Shown piece by piece: positions 48,666-58,039 of a DNA stretch of 58,268 bases (positions within the stretch are counted from its first letter, which is position 1; each line of letters starts with the position of its first letter). The DNA lies in NCBI GenBank assembly GCA_018696595.1, contig JABHQW010000007.1, forward strand, positions 1 to 58,268, in the 5' to 3' direction. The notes below the pieces were generated by a model. That model was not told the DNA's origin and ran no database searches. It saw only the letters and a list, made by a program, of their open reading frames with translations. This stretch comes from Candidatus Woesearchaeota archaeon (GTDB lineage: Archaea; Nanobdellota; Nanobdellia; Woesearchaeales; GW2011-AR9). Position numbers and translations under genes: made by a program.

Positions 48666-49748
48666 TCACAATGTCAAGTAATTGGCAGCCCATAACATTC
48701 CAGAATCGCAGTAAAAGAACGGACTACTAAACGGTTTACCGTTGGCAAAGAAAACTTCTAAGTAATTCTTATGTTTTTCAATCATTTCTGTGTAAACTTC
48801 TTTATACTCAGAAGCTTTTTGTTTATCAATCTGCTGAACCAACTTAACAAATAACGGACCCATATGTGTCCAAACAGAATCACTTTCATAATTGTACATT
48901 AAAAGTTCTTCAGGAATAAACTTAACTTGATCTCTACTTTGTGTATACTTTAAAGGTAAAGGTTCATCTAATCCGGCTTTAGCAATTTGTTGCAAAGCAG
49001 AACGCATCATTTCTTTATCAGAAATTATTCCCAGAATGAAAGGAAACAGATTAGCATCTCCAGCCACATATTCTTTCCTGGAAAGGTCATCATAAAAATA
49101 TTTGCCGTTCCAGAAATGTCTTTTAATCAAACTAGGATAATCGAATTTCTTGAAAGGGTTTTCTAATTTCATTTCTTTAAGATCATTAGCTAACATTGCC
49201 AACATACAATTGTCATAACAAGAACTTTTTCTAACCGAAAAATCTTTCATTGAAGAAAATGTTACTTTAGGGGTTACTAGACCCGTATGCTCATCAATAA
49301 CTTTCTTGTAAAATTTTCTAATTTCTTTGTTCAAGAAGTTTTTGTAAGAGTGATATGAAAATTTGCTAATTTTAATAGTATGAATTAGCCAAGGTAAAGA
49401 ATCAACTGCAAACACAGGAAAATCATAAGCTCTGCCTTTCGGAGTTATTGTTGTAGTTATTTTGTTGTATTGTTTAAATCTGTTTAAAGCAAATCGAATT
49501 GTTTGATGAACTTCTTTATTATATTTTAATTTGATTAAAGAACTTGCACACCACCCAAAATCTCTTGTCCAGAATTGTGAAAAGTTTCCTGATGAAGTTT
49601 GAAAATATCTACCGTTCCAACAATCTTCAACTACTTTTTGACAAATTTCTTCAGCGTTTCCTTCATATTTCTTTTTAAAGAATCTGCGGTACCAACTAGT
49701 AAAAAATATTCTTACTCCTTCTGTTAAATAAAATCCCAAACCCACCAT
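48666..49748 (-). CDS. Six-hairpin glycoside hydrolase-like protein
   Basis: FWTRDFGW, YESDSVWTHMG. Confidence 0.6.
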   Translation of the reverse strand: MVGLGFYLTEGVRIFFTSWYRRFFKKKYEGNAEEICQKVVEDCWNGRYFQTSSGNFSQFWTRDFGWCASSLIKLKYNKEVHQTIRFALNRFKQYNKITTTITPKGRAYDFPVFAVDSLPWLIHTIKISKFSYHSYKNFLNKEIRKFYKKVIDEHTGLVTPKVTFSSMKDFSVRKSSCYDNCMLAMLANDLKEMKLENPFKKFDYPSLIKRHFWNGKYFYDDLSRKEYVAGDANLFPFILGIISDKEMMRSALQQIAKAGLDEPLPLKYTQSRDQVKFIPEELLMYNYESDSVWTHMGPLFVKLVQQIDKQKASEYKEVYTEMIEKHKNYLEVFFANGKPFSSPFFYCDSGMLWAANYLTL

Positions 49749-49815
49749 ATATAGTGTAGAATTGAAGTAATATAAATATTTATTGGAAGAAAAGTAAAAA
49801 ACACATGATTAAAAA

Positions 49816-50391
49816 TTATTTTCTTTTGTGACCACCAATGTCAAAAGTTAAAGGATTTGGAGAATAACATCTTCTTACGTCATGATTGTAATTTATTGCT
49901 CTTCCAAAATGTTTTACTACTATTTCGTCTTGACCCAACTCATCAATTACTTCTTTCCATCCTTGCCCAGTTATTTCTAAATTTTTGTAATTTCTTACTC
50001 TTCCATATAACCTAAATAGTTTAGGATCAGTTCTTCGAGCCATATTTACTTTATGGTCTTTACGGCCAGGATTCCCTAACTCTTGTGGCCGAAGTAAATA
50101 TAAATCTTCTAAATTTTGGACTTTTACTTCTTTTGTTTCTTCTTGATGTCCAGAAATAATTGCTTGTTCTGCAATAATGTAAGCAAGAAGTAACGTTTTA
50201 TCTTCCATTCTTATAAGATCATGGTAAGCATGATAATTGGTAGGTCTATGGTTAAGATTAAAATCTTGGTTAGGATCTGCAAGTTCCCGTTCTTGTTGTC
50301 TTTCTAAGAAATCTTTAACTGCTTGTTCATCAGAAAATTTAATACCATACTTTCTAATGCAATTCTCTAAAACAGTATCTAAAGTGTTCAT
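49816..50391 (-). CDS. Hypothetical protein
   Basis: 191-aa ORF coupled to nfi. Confidence 0.6.
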   Translation of the reverse strand: MNTLDTVLENCIRKYGIKFSDEQAVKDFLERQQERELADPNQDFNLNHRPTNYHAYHDLIRMEDKTLLLAYIIAEQAIISGHQEETKEVKVQNLEDLYLLRPQELGNPGRKDHKVNMARRTDPKLFRLYGRVRNYKNLEITGQGWKEVIDELGQDEIVVKHFGRAINYNHDVRRCYSPNPLTFDIGGHKRK

Positions 50392-51020
50392 TCTTTCTTC
50401 CCCTTAACTTTCTTCTTAGCAACTTTTCTAGCAATATGAAGGGGTTCCGGCATTTTATGTGGAAACTGAATAGTTTTAGAAACAATGTTTAATGTTGAAC
50501 CAAAAGTGATTAAGTGTCCTGGTGCAACGTAAACAGGATTAGCATGTTCTCTTGTCTTTACTTCAAATCCAACATGTTCGTTATGATTAATTATTTTCCC
50601 TTTCTCAATTGTACCAAATGGAAGTTTTTGTGTAACTCCAATAGTTGGTTTGTTTAGAGATAATCCTAAATGAGAAGCCATACCTAGTTTTCTTGGATGA
50701 TTAATTCCTAATCCATTAACCATAATAACATCTGGTTCTTCATCTAATTGATTATATGCTTCAATAATTGCTGGCATTTCTCGATAAGCTTGAAATCCAG
50801 CTTTGTATGGAAGAGGACTTGATAAAGAATAAGTTTTTTTCTCAATAACTTTTAATGAAGGGAATTCACAAACTACAACTGAAGCCAAAATATTATCTCC
50901 TTCAACAATACAATCTACTCCTGCAATAGTTTTTAATTTATCAAAGTCGTCTTGCAATCGTATCTTTCTAGCAAGTTTGTTCTGTTCTCTTTTTAGTTCG
51001 AATGAATCTATTTTAATCAC
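50388..51020 (-). CDS. nfi: Endonuclease V
   Basis: IAGVD, YKAGFQAYREMP, HPRKLGMASHLG, PEPLHIA. Confidence 0.92.
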   Translation of the reverse strand: MIKIDSFELKREQNKLARKIRLQDDFDKLKTIAGVDCIVEGDNILASVVVCEFPSLKVIEKKTYSLSSPLPYKAGFQAYREMPAIIEAYNQLDEEPDVIMVNGLGINHPRKLGMASHLGLSLNKPTIGVTQKLPFGTIEKGKIINHNEHVGFEVKTREHANPVYVAPGHLITFGSTLNIVSKTIQFPHKMPEPLHIARKVAKKKVKGKKE

Positions 51021-51096
51021 CTATTTGAAAGTATACTTTCCAGAGCAAGGTTTATTTATAAATGTTTTGTTACTTAAGAGTGGTTGTTTAAAGGAA

Positions 51097-51903
51097 ATGT
51101 TTATAAAAAACCAACAGCTTTTAGAGAAAATAATGGAATTACGCCAAACATTAGAACAAAGAATATATCTTAATGTTCAACAAAAGTTAGCATTAAAGCA
51201 GTTATTACTATTAAAATTAGAATTAAAACATCCAGAGTATCCTGATGTTGTTAGGGGTTTAGAAGGAATGAAGGTTGCAGATAAAGTTCTAAAAGAAAAA
51301 GAAGTTGCTGGTGTTTTAATTGGTGGGTTAGCTGAAGCAGTTTGGAACCAAAGAAGAAAAATAGAAGATCTTTATCGGCATAAAGATGTTGACGTCATGG
51401 TTTTGGGTGAAACTAGTTTTGATAAATTTGAGGGTGGGGTCGATTGGTGGTTACCACAAAAAGCCAGAATATCCACGATAGGAAATTATACTGAAGGCGA
51501 AAGAAAAGAACAATGGTACGAAAATGGTAATGGAGTAATTCTATCTTTTGGTGCAAAAAGAGTTCAGGATTTAGAACCAGGATTATACATCCCTGATAAT
51601 GAGTGGGTCATTGATATGCGCGAATATGAAGCAAGTGCACACATTGATTATGGTAGTGTTGATACGGAATTTGATGACCAAGTTTTTGAAAAGTTTAGAA
51701 AACATATTAAGAAAAAAGTAAAAACAAGATTACCCTCATTTATTTGTGAAGAATTTGAAAGACAAATAATGTCTTATCAATATGAACCAAATTGGAGAAT
51801 TGTAGATGCTGTGGAATTAGAACTATTTGATTTAGGGACTATACGAGGAATCAATAAGTTTAAAGGAAATTATCTTAAACCTAACGAACAACCAAAAACT
51901 TAA
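51097..51903 (+). CDS. Hypothetical protein with nucleotidyltransferase-like motif
   Basis: VLIGGLAEA...HKDVDV; start codon uncertain. Confidence 0.5.
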   Translation: MFIKNQQLLEKIMELRQTLEQRIYLNVQQKLALKQLLLLKLELKHPEYPDVVRGLEGMKVADKVLKEKEVAGVLIGGLAEAVWNQRRKIEDLYRHKDVDVMVLGETSFDKFEGGVDWWLPQKARISTIGNYTEGERKEQWYENGNGVILSFGAKRVQDLEPGLYIPDNEWVIDMREYEASAHIDYGSVDTEFDDQVFEKFRKHIKKKVKTRLPSFICEEFERQIMSYQYEPNWRIVDAVELELFDLGTIRGINKFKGNYLKPNEQPKT

Positions 51904-51939
51904 ACATTCACTTGACAAATCACAATTCAACTAATAAAA

Positions 51940-52446
51940 ATGGAAGAAAACCTAGAACAGAAGTGTAATGAACCAAAAAAGTTTGCTAAGTTAAAAGAAT
52001 GGGGCAAACGTTATGGTTTAGCAGAAATAATTGGGACAGTAACCGCTTATGCAGAATTTTTTGTAGCTAATGAAATTTATGATAATACTATCATTGCTGC
52101 TTATATGGGAACTATAGGAGAAGGCATTGGTTTTTATGGGACAATGATTACTAGAGAAATTATGACTGACGTTAAAAAAGCTAAAGAGGAAAATAGAAGA
52201 TATGAAAATGTTGATGTACTATTAACATTAGGGAAATTAGTTTCTGAATTTGGACCAAGCGAAGTATTAGATTCTTTAGTTGTAAGACCTGCAGCAATGG
52301 GATTTGGAGCAGAAATTCTAGGTAAAGGCCTAGGTGTGGGAATTGGAAAATTAGTTGCAGATGCAGTGTTTTATGTTCCTACAGTGATTTCTTATGAAGT
52401 TAGAAAAAAATTATTTAAAGATAGTAATAAAACAAATTCTAACTAA
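51940..52446 (+). CDS. Hypothetical membrane protein
   Basis: Gly-rich hydrophobic helices. Confidence 0.65.
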   Translation: MEENLEQKCNEPKKFAKLKEWGKRYGLAEIIGTVTAYAEFFVANEIYDNTIIAAYMGTIGEGIGFYGTMITREIMTDVKKAKEENRRYENVDVLLTLGKLVSEFGPSEVLDSLVVRPAAMGFGAEILGKGLGVGIGKLVADAVFYVPTVISYEVRKKLFKDSNKTNSN

Positions 52447-52492
52447 TCCCCTTACCAAAAACTTATATACTAATTTTATTTTATACTTAATT

Positions 52493-52948
52493 ATGAACAA
52501 AAGAGGTATTAGTCCAATAATCGCTACTTTACTATTAATTTCTTTCGCAGTAGCTCTGGGCGTAGTAATTATGAGTTTCGGACGAGCACAAGTAGAACTA
52601 GAAGCACAATGTCCAATCAATATTGGTTTAAAAATTTCTAACATTGGTGGAGAAGATCAGTTTTGTTATGATGCAAACTCAAAAGAGATTAAATTTACTT
52701 TAGAAAACGGAGTAAACATTAAAGTAGATGGATTAATTTTTAACGTTATTGGAACCAACCAAGCAGAATCTTCTGAGATTAATACTGAAATTATTAAAGC
52801 GGGAACTTATTTAGGAACAGTAAAATACGATTCTTCTGCTTCTGGCGAGATTAGACAAGTTAAAATTTCTCCTAAAGTGAATTTGTATGATGAAGAACAA
52901 ATTTGTACGGATAAAGCTTTAGTAGTTGAAGATGTTCGAGCTTGTTAG
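52493..52948 (+). CDS. Archaeal type IV pilin-like protein
   Basis: Class III signal peptide MNKRG/ISPIIATLLLISFAVALG. Confidence 0.88.
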   Translation: MNKRGISPIIATLLLISFAVALGVVIMSFGRAQVELEAQCPINIGLKISNIGGEDQFCYDANSKEIKFTLENGVNIKVDGLIFNVIGTNQAESSEINTEIIKAGTYLGTVKYDSSASGEIRQVKISPKVNLYDEEQICTDKALVVEDVRAC

Positions 52949-53128
52949 AAACATATTAAGTTAGATTTGCCAATAGAGGCGATTTTTTTAAGATATTCTC
53001 AAGATTGTAACTCACGAAAAAAAGTGGAGTGCTTGAGAATTTAAAAAAATGATAAACGCCGTGCAATCTTAACTTAATACAAATATTGTTAAGAAACATT
53101 TTTAACTCATCACATTATTCTTCAACTC

Positions 53129-53947
53129 ATGGAAATAGAAATAGATCTTACTAAGTCTGTAGATGAGAACGCAGGAACGTACTTTAACTTAGCTAAGAAA
53201 GCAAAAAAGAAGATTGAAGGTGCCAAGAAAGCGGTAGAAGTTAGTAAAAAGAAACTAGAAAAGTTACAGAAAGACGAAGATAAATTCATGGAAGTAGAAA
53301 CGAAGAAGTTAGAAAAGAAGGAAAGAAAAAAAGAATGGTATGAAAAATTTCATTGGTTTGTTTCTTCAGAAGATTTTCTTTGCGTTGGCGGAAAAGATGC
53401 TACATCAAACGAAATTATTGTTAAAAAACATACAGACAAAGATGATTTAGTATTTCACACAGAAATGGCAGGGTCTCCTTTCTTTATTGTTAAAAATGGT
53501 CAATCCGCTAAAGAAGAAACAATTAATGAAGCCGCTCAAGCAACAGGAGTTTATTCTCGTGCTTGGAAACTTGGACATACTACTGCGGACGTTTTCTATG
53601 TCAAACCAGAACAAGTAAGTAAAGAAGCACAATCTGGTGAATACATGAGTAAAGGAAGTTTTATGGTTAGAGGAAAATCAACTTTTGTTTATCCAAGATT
53701 AGAATATGCAATTGGTTTAGTTGATACTCAGAAACCCAGAATTCCTGGCACCGCCTCTGATGGTGCAGAAATTATTGGCGGTCCTTTAACAGCGATCAAA
53801 AAAAGAACAAACAAGTTTGTAAAAGTGATCCCAGGAAAATACAAGAAAAGTGCTTTAGCAAAGAAAATCAGATCTAAATTAAAAGGTGGCGATTTAGATG
53901 ACATTATTAAATTCTTACCTGCTGGCGGCGCTGAGATTAAGAAGTGA
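53129..53947 (+). CDS. NFACT-R (DUF814) RNA-binding protein, short Rqc2-like form
   Basis: SVDENAGTYF, WYEKFHWF, GGKDATSNE, YSRAWK. Confidence 0.88.
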   Translation: MEIEIDLTKSVDENAGTYFNLAKKAKKKIEGAKKAVEVSKKKLEKLQKDEDKFMEVETKKLEKKERKKEWYEKFHWFVSSEDFLCVGGKDATSNEIIVKKHTDKDDLVFHTEMAGSPFFIVKNGQSAKEETINEAAQATGVYSRAWKLGHTTADVFYVKPEQVSKEAQSGEYMSKGSFMVRGKSTFVYPRLEYAIGLVDTQKPRIPGTASDGAEIIGGPLTAIKKRTNKFVKVIPGKYKKSALAKKIRSKLKGGDLDDIIKFLPAGGAEIKK

Positions 53948-54086
53948 GTCTCTTAACAAACAGCAGTGCCAAAGGAGGCACATTTTTCTGTAAAGAAAAA
54001 TCTAAGGTGCCGTGCCCTGCTGTTTGTGAAAACATATTTAATTTAAGGTAAATTTTTTAAACTGACCTTAATATTTAATTTCTATT

Positions 54087-54190
54087 GCTCCCGTAGTCTA
54101 GTGGATATTTAATGAAACCATAAAGGACACAAGATTGCGGTTTTTCAAAGCAGAAATCTTGAGACCGGAGTTCGATTCTCCGCGGGAGCG
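54087..54190 (+). tRNA. tRNA-Arg(GCG) with two introns (54107-54123 in the D-loop; 54141-54155 at 37/38)
   Basis: Acceptor stem GCTCCCG/CGGGAGC; T-arm CGGAG-TTCGATT-CTCCG; anticodon stem CAAGA/TCTTG; both inserts form bulge-helix-bulge motifs. Confidence 0.9.
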
Positions 54191-54808
54191 TTACTTCTTT
54201 TTCTTAAAAGGATTCTTCAACAGTAACCCTAACCAGGCAAGAGCAGAACCCAATATTCCCAAAGCCATATCTTTCTGAGCATCCCATTGATCACCCTGCA
54301 TTCCCAAGTAATGTGTGCCAATAATTTCACTTCTGGTAATTAAAATAAAAGCAAACTCTATAACCTCAAAAATACTTTGTAAAGAAACAACGGCTAAGAA
54401 AGTTAAGAAAAAAGCCCAAAAACCTTTTATTTTCAGTTTCTTAGAAATAAATTCATAGCCAGGAATGAAAAAGATCAAACCAAATAAGAAATGTACCACA
54501 CGATCATAATAGTTTCTAGCTAAGCCAAAAGAATCACGAATTAATTCAAATAAAGGCATTTCAGTATAACTGTACTGGCTTCCAATTGTATGCAAAACTA
54601 AAAATGCAAAAAGTAAAGTATAACTAAGATTAGAGAATTTAAATTTCTTATAAGTTAAGATTAAGAACCCGACAAAAAGAACTGTTAAGATATTTTCTGC
54701 AATCCAGACGCCGCGATATAAAGGAGAGATAGCAACAATTATCCAGAAAACTAAGAATACCCCTAACAAAATTCGGGGATAGTTTTTCTTATTAAACACC
54801 TCTTTCAT
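54191..54808 (-). CDS. DUF2238 (YjdF) membrane protein
   Basis: LHTIGSQYSY, RNYYDRVVHF, QGDQWDAQKDM. Confidence 0.9.
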   Translation of the reverse strand: MKEVFNKKNYPRILLGVFLVFWIIVAISPLYRGVWIAENILTVLFVGFLILTYKKFKFSNLSYTLLFAFLVLHTIGSQYSYTEMPLFELIRDSFGLARNYYDRVVHFLFGLIFFIPGYEFISKKLKIKGFWAFFLTFLAVVSLQSIFEVIEFAFILITRSEIIGTHYLGMQGDQWDAQKDMALGILGSALAWLGLLLKNPFKKKK

Positions 54809-54896
54809 TGTTTAAAGAAAATCATTAAGTAATATAAAGTTAACTGATAAGTTTGTTCCTTAAAATTTATAAATAGAGTCTTAATAAAAATAAATT

Positions 54897-55160
54897 ATGA
54901 CATATGAAACAAACAACATTGATTTTTTGAAAGGAGGATTAAAAAGTTCCCCTCGGTTTGAATTAGTTGGAGAACTGGAATTTTTAGCTGGTGGATTAGA
55001 TGATTTGCCAAGACCGGGAAAACCGATCAAAGCAGGAGTACTTTACGTTGCAAGGAAAGCAGGAGATGCAGTAGAAACAGCAACAGAACCACTAAGAAAA
55101 GCTTATAGTATGATGGAAACTTTGAAACATTATTTCAATCCTAAGAATCAGAATGACTAA
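54897..55160 (+). CDS. Hypothetical protein
   Basis: 87-aa ORF. Confidence 0.5.
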   Translation: MTYETNNIDFLKGGLKSSPRFELVGELEFLAGGLDDLPRPGKPIKAGVLYVARKAGDAVETATEPLRKAYSMMETLKHYFNPKNQND

Positions 55161-55692
55161 TTATTACAATCCCTCTTTCTTTGCCATCAACTTCTTTTGA
55201 CATTGCTTTCATTAATTCTTTAATAGAAGTTTTCCAATAAGACTTATCTTCATAACTAGGGTCACATATTTCTACAACATCATCTTCAATAGAATTAACT
55301 AAACAGAAATGCCCCCAATTCTTCTGAGGATCGTAAATACCTCGATGTAAGTTGATCATAATATCGTTTCCTTTTTCCAAATTCTCAGTAATCAATTTCT
55401 TCAAATCTTTAATCTCAGGAAAAAGAATTACTTCTGCTTTTAATCCGTATTTTTCAAGAATAGAACCAAACTGATTAAATTCTAACAGATTTAAACCAGC
55501 ATCAGAATCATTAATTTCAAAATCAAGCAAATATTTATCTTGATTCTTATTTCTTATTCGAGTACCTAATTTCTTAGCCAATTCTTCTTGCTCTACCCAA
55601 ATTCCTCTTCTGAACAGAATCATCTGTAAAGAGGTAGGACCGCAGAAAGAACTTTTCTGAGTAAGATGTTTATATGGTGGATTGATTCTCAT
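55141..55692 (-). CDS. Peptidase C39-like protein
   Basis: Q..SFCGPTSLQM, WGHF, ICDP. Confidence 0.82.
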   Translation of the reverse strand: MRINPPYKHLTQKSSFCGPTSLQMILFRRGIWVEQEELAKKLGTRIRNKNQDKYLLDFEINDSDAGLNLLEFNQFGSILEKYGLKAEVILFPEIKDLKKLITENLEKGNDIMINLHRGIYDPQKNWGHFCLVNSIEDDVVEICDPSYEDKSYWKTSIKELMKAMSKEVDGKERGIVIISHSDS

Positions 55693-55793
55693 AAAAATAA
55701 AAACAAAGAAGTAATATATAAACTTAATCCAAATCAAGTTTTTACAAAACTCCCTTTATTGTCTTCAAAATTCTCGTCGTTTGTTTTAATAGT

Positions 55794-55833
55794 GCTACGT
55801 TCCCGTAGGGAGCAACCCCTCGTAACGCACTAA
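55794..55833 (+). repeat. GC-rich intergenic repeat, copy 2
   Basis: 32/40 identical to 37865-37904. Confidence 0.55.
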
Positions 55834-55886
55834 AATTAATTTTGATAGAATTTTGACCTTATGACAATAGCGAGAGTTTTTGTAAC

Positions 55887-56195
55887 TTAATCTTCTCTAA
55901 CTTTCTTAATCTTCTTTTTTACTTTCTCATAGAAAGGAACTTGACCAGTTTTAAAGATATAAGCAGCTACAACAATAAATAATCCAAGGATTGCAGCAGA
56001 ACTAATATAATTTGTTTCTTTAACAACAATTTGATCAGGATACTCGTGACATTCATAATCCGTACCACAATAAGCATTGCCTGGGCAATCTCTGTTACTG
56101 TTACATTCTCGCTGAGCAAAGCTAACAAGTACATAAGCCAATATAACTAAAGCTAAGACAACGGCAACAATTTGAATCATACCCTTTTTGTTCAT
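55887..56195 (-). CDS. Small membrane protein with class III-like signal peptide and Cys motif
   Basis: MNKKG/MIQIV..., CNSNRDCPGNAYCGTDYECH, C-terminal TM helix. Confidence 0.7.
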   Translation of the reverse strand: MNKKGMIQIVAVVLALVILAYVLVSFAQRECNSNRDCPGNAYCGTDYECHEYPDQIVVKETNYISSAAILGLFIVVAAYIFKTGQVPFYEKVKKKIKKVRED

Positions 56196-56263
56196 TGAAT
56201 CAAAGATTGAAACCAGGTTGTTTTTAAAGTTTGTGGAAGGTATATGATTTATATGTCAGAACC

Positions 56264-56303
56264 CACTAGACACACTAGACAACCTTGGAAAGAATATATA
56301 AAT
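56264..56303. promoter_or_regulatory. 40-bp sequence identical to 35106-35145, directly upstream of a LAGLIDADG gene
   Basis: Exact match, compared base by base. Confidence 0.7.
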
Positions 56304-56323
56304 GATTTTTACTACAAAGGATT

Positions 56324-56929
56324 GTGAAAAATAAAGAAAAACTTGCTGAGTTTGTTGGGATTATGCTAGGTGATGGATATATTGGTTTTCCAAACTGTCC
56401 ACGAATAAAGATTTCCTTCAATTCTATTGATGACAAAGAATATTTTGGTTTTGTTGAGAATCTGTTATCCCAATTATTTGATGCGAATATTATCACTAAT
56501 CATAGAAAAAATGAAAACACTTCGGAATTATTTATTTTTAAAAGAGAAGTAATTCGTTCAGTAATCAATGAATTAAAACTTTTACCTTCTCCAAAATGGG
56601 ATAGAGCAAGAATCCCTGGCTGGATTTTTAATCAAAATTTAGAAAGATTTGTTTTAAGAGGATATTTTGATACGGATGGGTGTGTTGTCATTACTAATAA
56701 CAATGGAACGAGGTATCCTAGACTGGAAATGAAAGTCAGCCCCTCACCAATGCAAAATCAATTTGTAAAGATTATTGACAAATTGGGTTTTAGATTTGGA
56801 GTTTATAATATTGGTAAAGGAAAAGTAAGAATTCAAATGAATGGGAAAGAACAATTAAGAAAATGGAATGAATTAGTTGGTTTTAGTAATAAGAAACACC
56901 AAAGAAAAAGTGATTCTTTCATTAATTAA
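56324..56929 (+). CDS. Free-standing LAGLIDADG homing-endonuclease-like protein
   Basis: EFVGIMLGDG and VLRGYFDTDG motifs. Confidence 0.88.
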   Translation: MKNKEKLAEFVGIMLGDGYIGFPNCPRIKISFNSIDDKEYFGFVENLLSQLFDANIITNHRKNENTSELFIFKREVIRSVINELKLLPSPKWDRARIPGWIFNQNLERFVLRGYFDTDGCVVITNNNGTRYPRLEMKVSPSPMQNQFVKIIDKLGFRFGVYNIGKGKVRIQMNGKEQLRKWNELVGFSNKKHQRKSDSFIN

Positions 56930-56933
56930 AAAA

Positions 56934-57102
56934 TAGCGGAGGGAGGACTTTCAATTTTAGGAGTTCGCTCCCAAAGATTTTGAATTCGGCAACCACAAGC
57001 AAAACTTAATGGTTTCCTCCGATCTCCGGGTTATGAGCCTTCCGCATCTAATACTTATTCATTACTAGATTCGGCGGGTACTCCTAGCTTCCCTACCCCG
57101 CT
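56934..57102 (-). tRNA. Initiator tRNA-Met(CAT) with three introns (57040-57071, 56985-57015, 56948-56978)
   Basis: Removing 32+31+31 nt gives a 75-nt cloverleaf with an A1-U72 pair, GGG/CCC anticodon stem and TTCAAAT T-loop; each insert forms a BHB-type motif. Confidence 0.92.
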
Positions 57103-57199
57103 ATGTAACTTGAGAACTGGTGATTCTTTAAAAAGATTTGCCTTTTATTCATGATTATGGGAAAATTTTAATAAACAGGTTTACATTTTCTTTTTTAAA

Positions 57200-57610
57200 A
57201 TGGAAAATTGTCAACTTTGTCAAGCGTACAAAAACGAGAAAAGTAGAATTTTTATGGAAAATGAGCATGCTTTTGCAATTATTGCCAAATGGCCGCTAAA
57301 TGAAGGGCATTCTATGGTTCTGCCAAAAAAACATGTAAAAGATCTTAGTGAATTACCTTCTGAAGAAATAAAAGCAGTCATGGAACTTTGTGAAAAAGTT
57401 GTTGCAAAAATAGACGAAAAATTAGATAAATCAACAATTACAATGTTAAATTCTAAAGGTTGTCGAACCCAAGAACATTTACATTTCCAGTTGGCCCCAT
57501 TAAAGAAAGAAATTGGAGTTAGAGATTTAGTTAACGCTTTAGAAAAAAATAGTTTATACCCAGAAGTTTCTGATGAACAAATGAATAAACTAGCAGACCA
57601 GTTTAAATGA
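57200..57610 (+). CDS. HIT family protein
   Basis: CQLC, GHSMVLPKKH, HLHFQ (divergent triad). Confidence 0.85.
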   Translation: MENCQLCQAYKNEKSRIFMENEHAFAIIAKWPLNEGHSMVLPKKHVKDLSELPSEEIKAVMELCEKVVAKIDEKLDKSTITMLNSKGCRTQEHLHFQLAPLKKEIGVRDLVNALEKNSLYPEVSDEQMNKLADQFK

Positions 57611-57692
57611 CTTTTTTGTCCCACTTTCTTACGAAACATTTTTAATTGTAAAACACTTATATGTAATACAATAGACTAAATAGTGACACAAA

Positions 57693-58013
57693 ATGTATGA
57701 CCAATCTCCAGAAGGAAATGTACAAGCAGTATTAGCAGGAATGGGCGAAAGTAGTAATGCCCATAACGTAATGGGCCCCTATATGAAATCATTAGATCAA
57801 AGTTCTTACAAAGGTTTTCAACAAGCATTAGCAGATTATTCTACTAGAGCACAAACAATGCAAGATTCTGGTATTGGACAAAGAGGTATTGGTTTAGGGA
57901 TAAAAGATAATGACCTTTCCTCATTACTCGGACCAGGAGAACCGTTGAAAACACCTTCTATTCCAAGAGAATTACTTTATTCTCCGAACAGTTGTGCGGG
58001 TTGTTACAATTAA
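57693..58013 (+). CDS. Hypothetical protein
   Basis: 106-aa ORF. Confidence 0.5.
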   Translation: MYDQSPEGNVQAVLAGMGESSNAHNVMGPYMKSLDQSSYKGFQQALADYSTRAQTMQDSGIGQRGIGLGIKDNDLSSLLGPGEPLKTPSIPRELLYSPNSCAGCYN

Positions 58014-58039
58014 AAATAAAAGAAATAAAAAAATAAATT

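Noticed and set aside
47894-49748. GT2 plus six-hairpin hydrolase pair as a novel glycan system
   Set aside because: The hydrolase family call is weak, and adjacency alone is too little evidence.
777-57639. Antisense or nested ORFs in the track (e.g. 777-968, 1443-1739, 2278-2523, 3153-3629, 8358-8627, 9679-9879, 12163-12357, 14667-15116, 17785-18153, 40242-40595, 57220-57639)
   Set aside because: They shadow better-supported genes or lie over structured repeats, and have no motifs or RBS.
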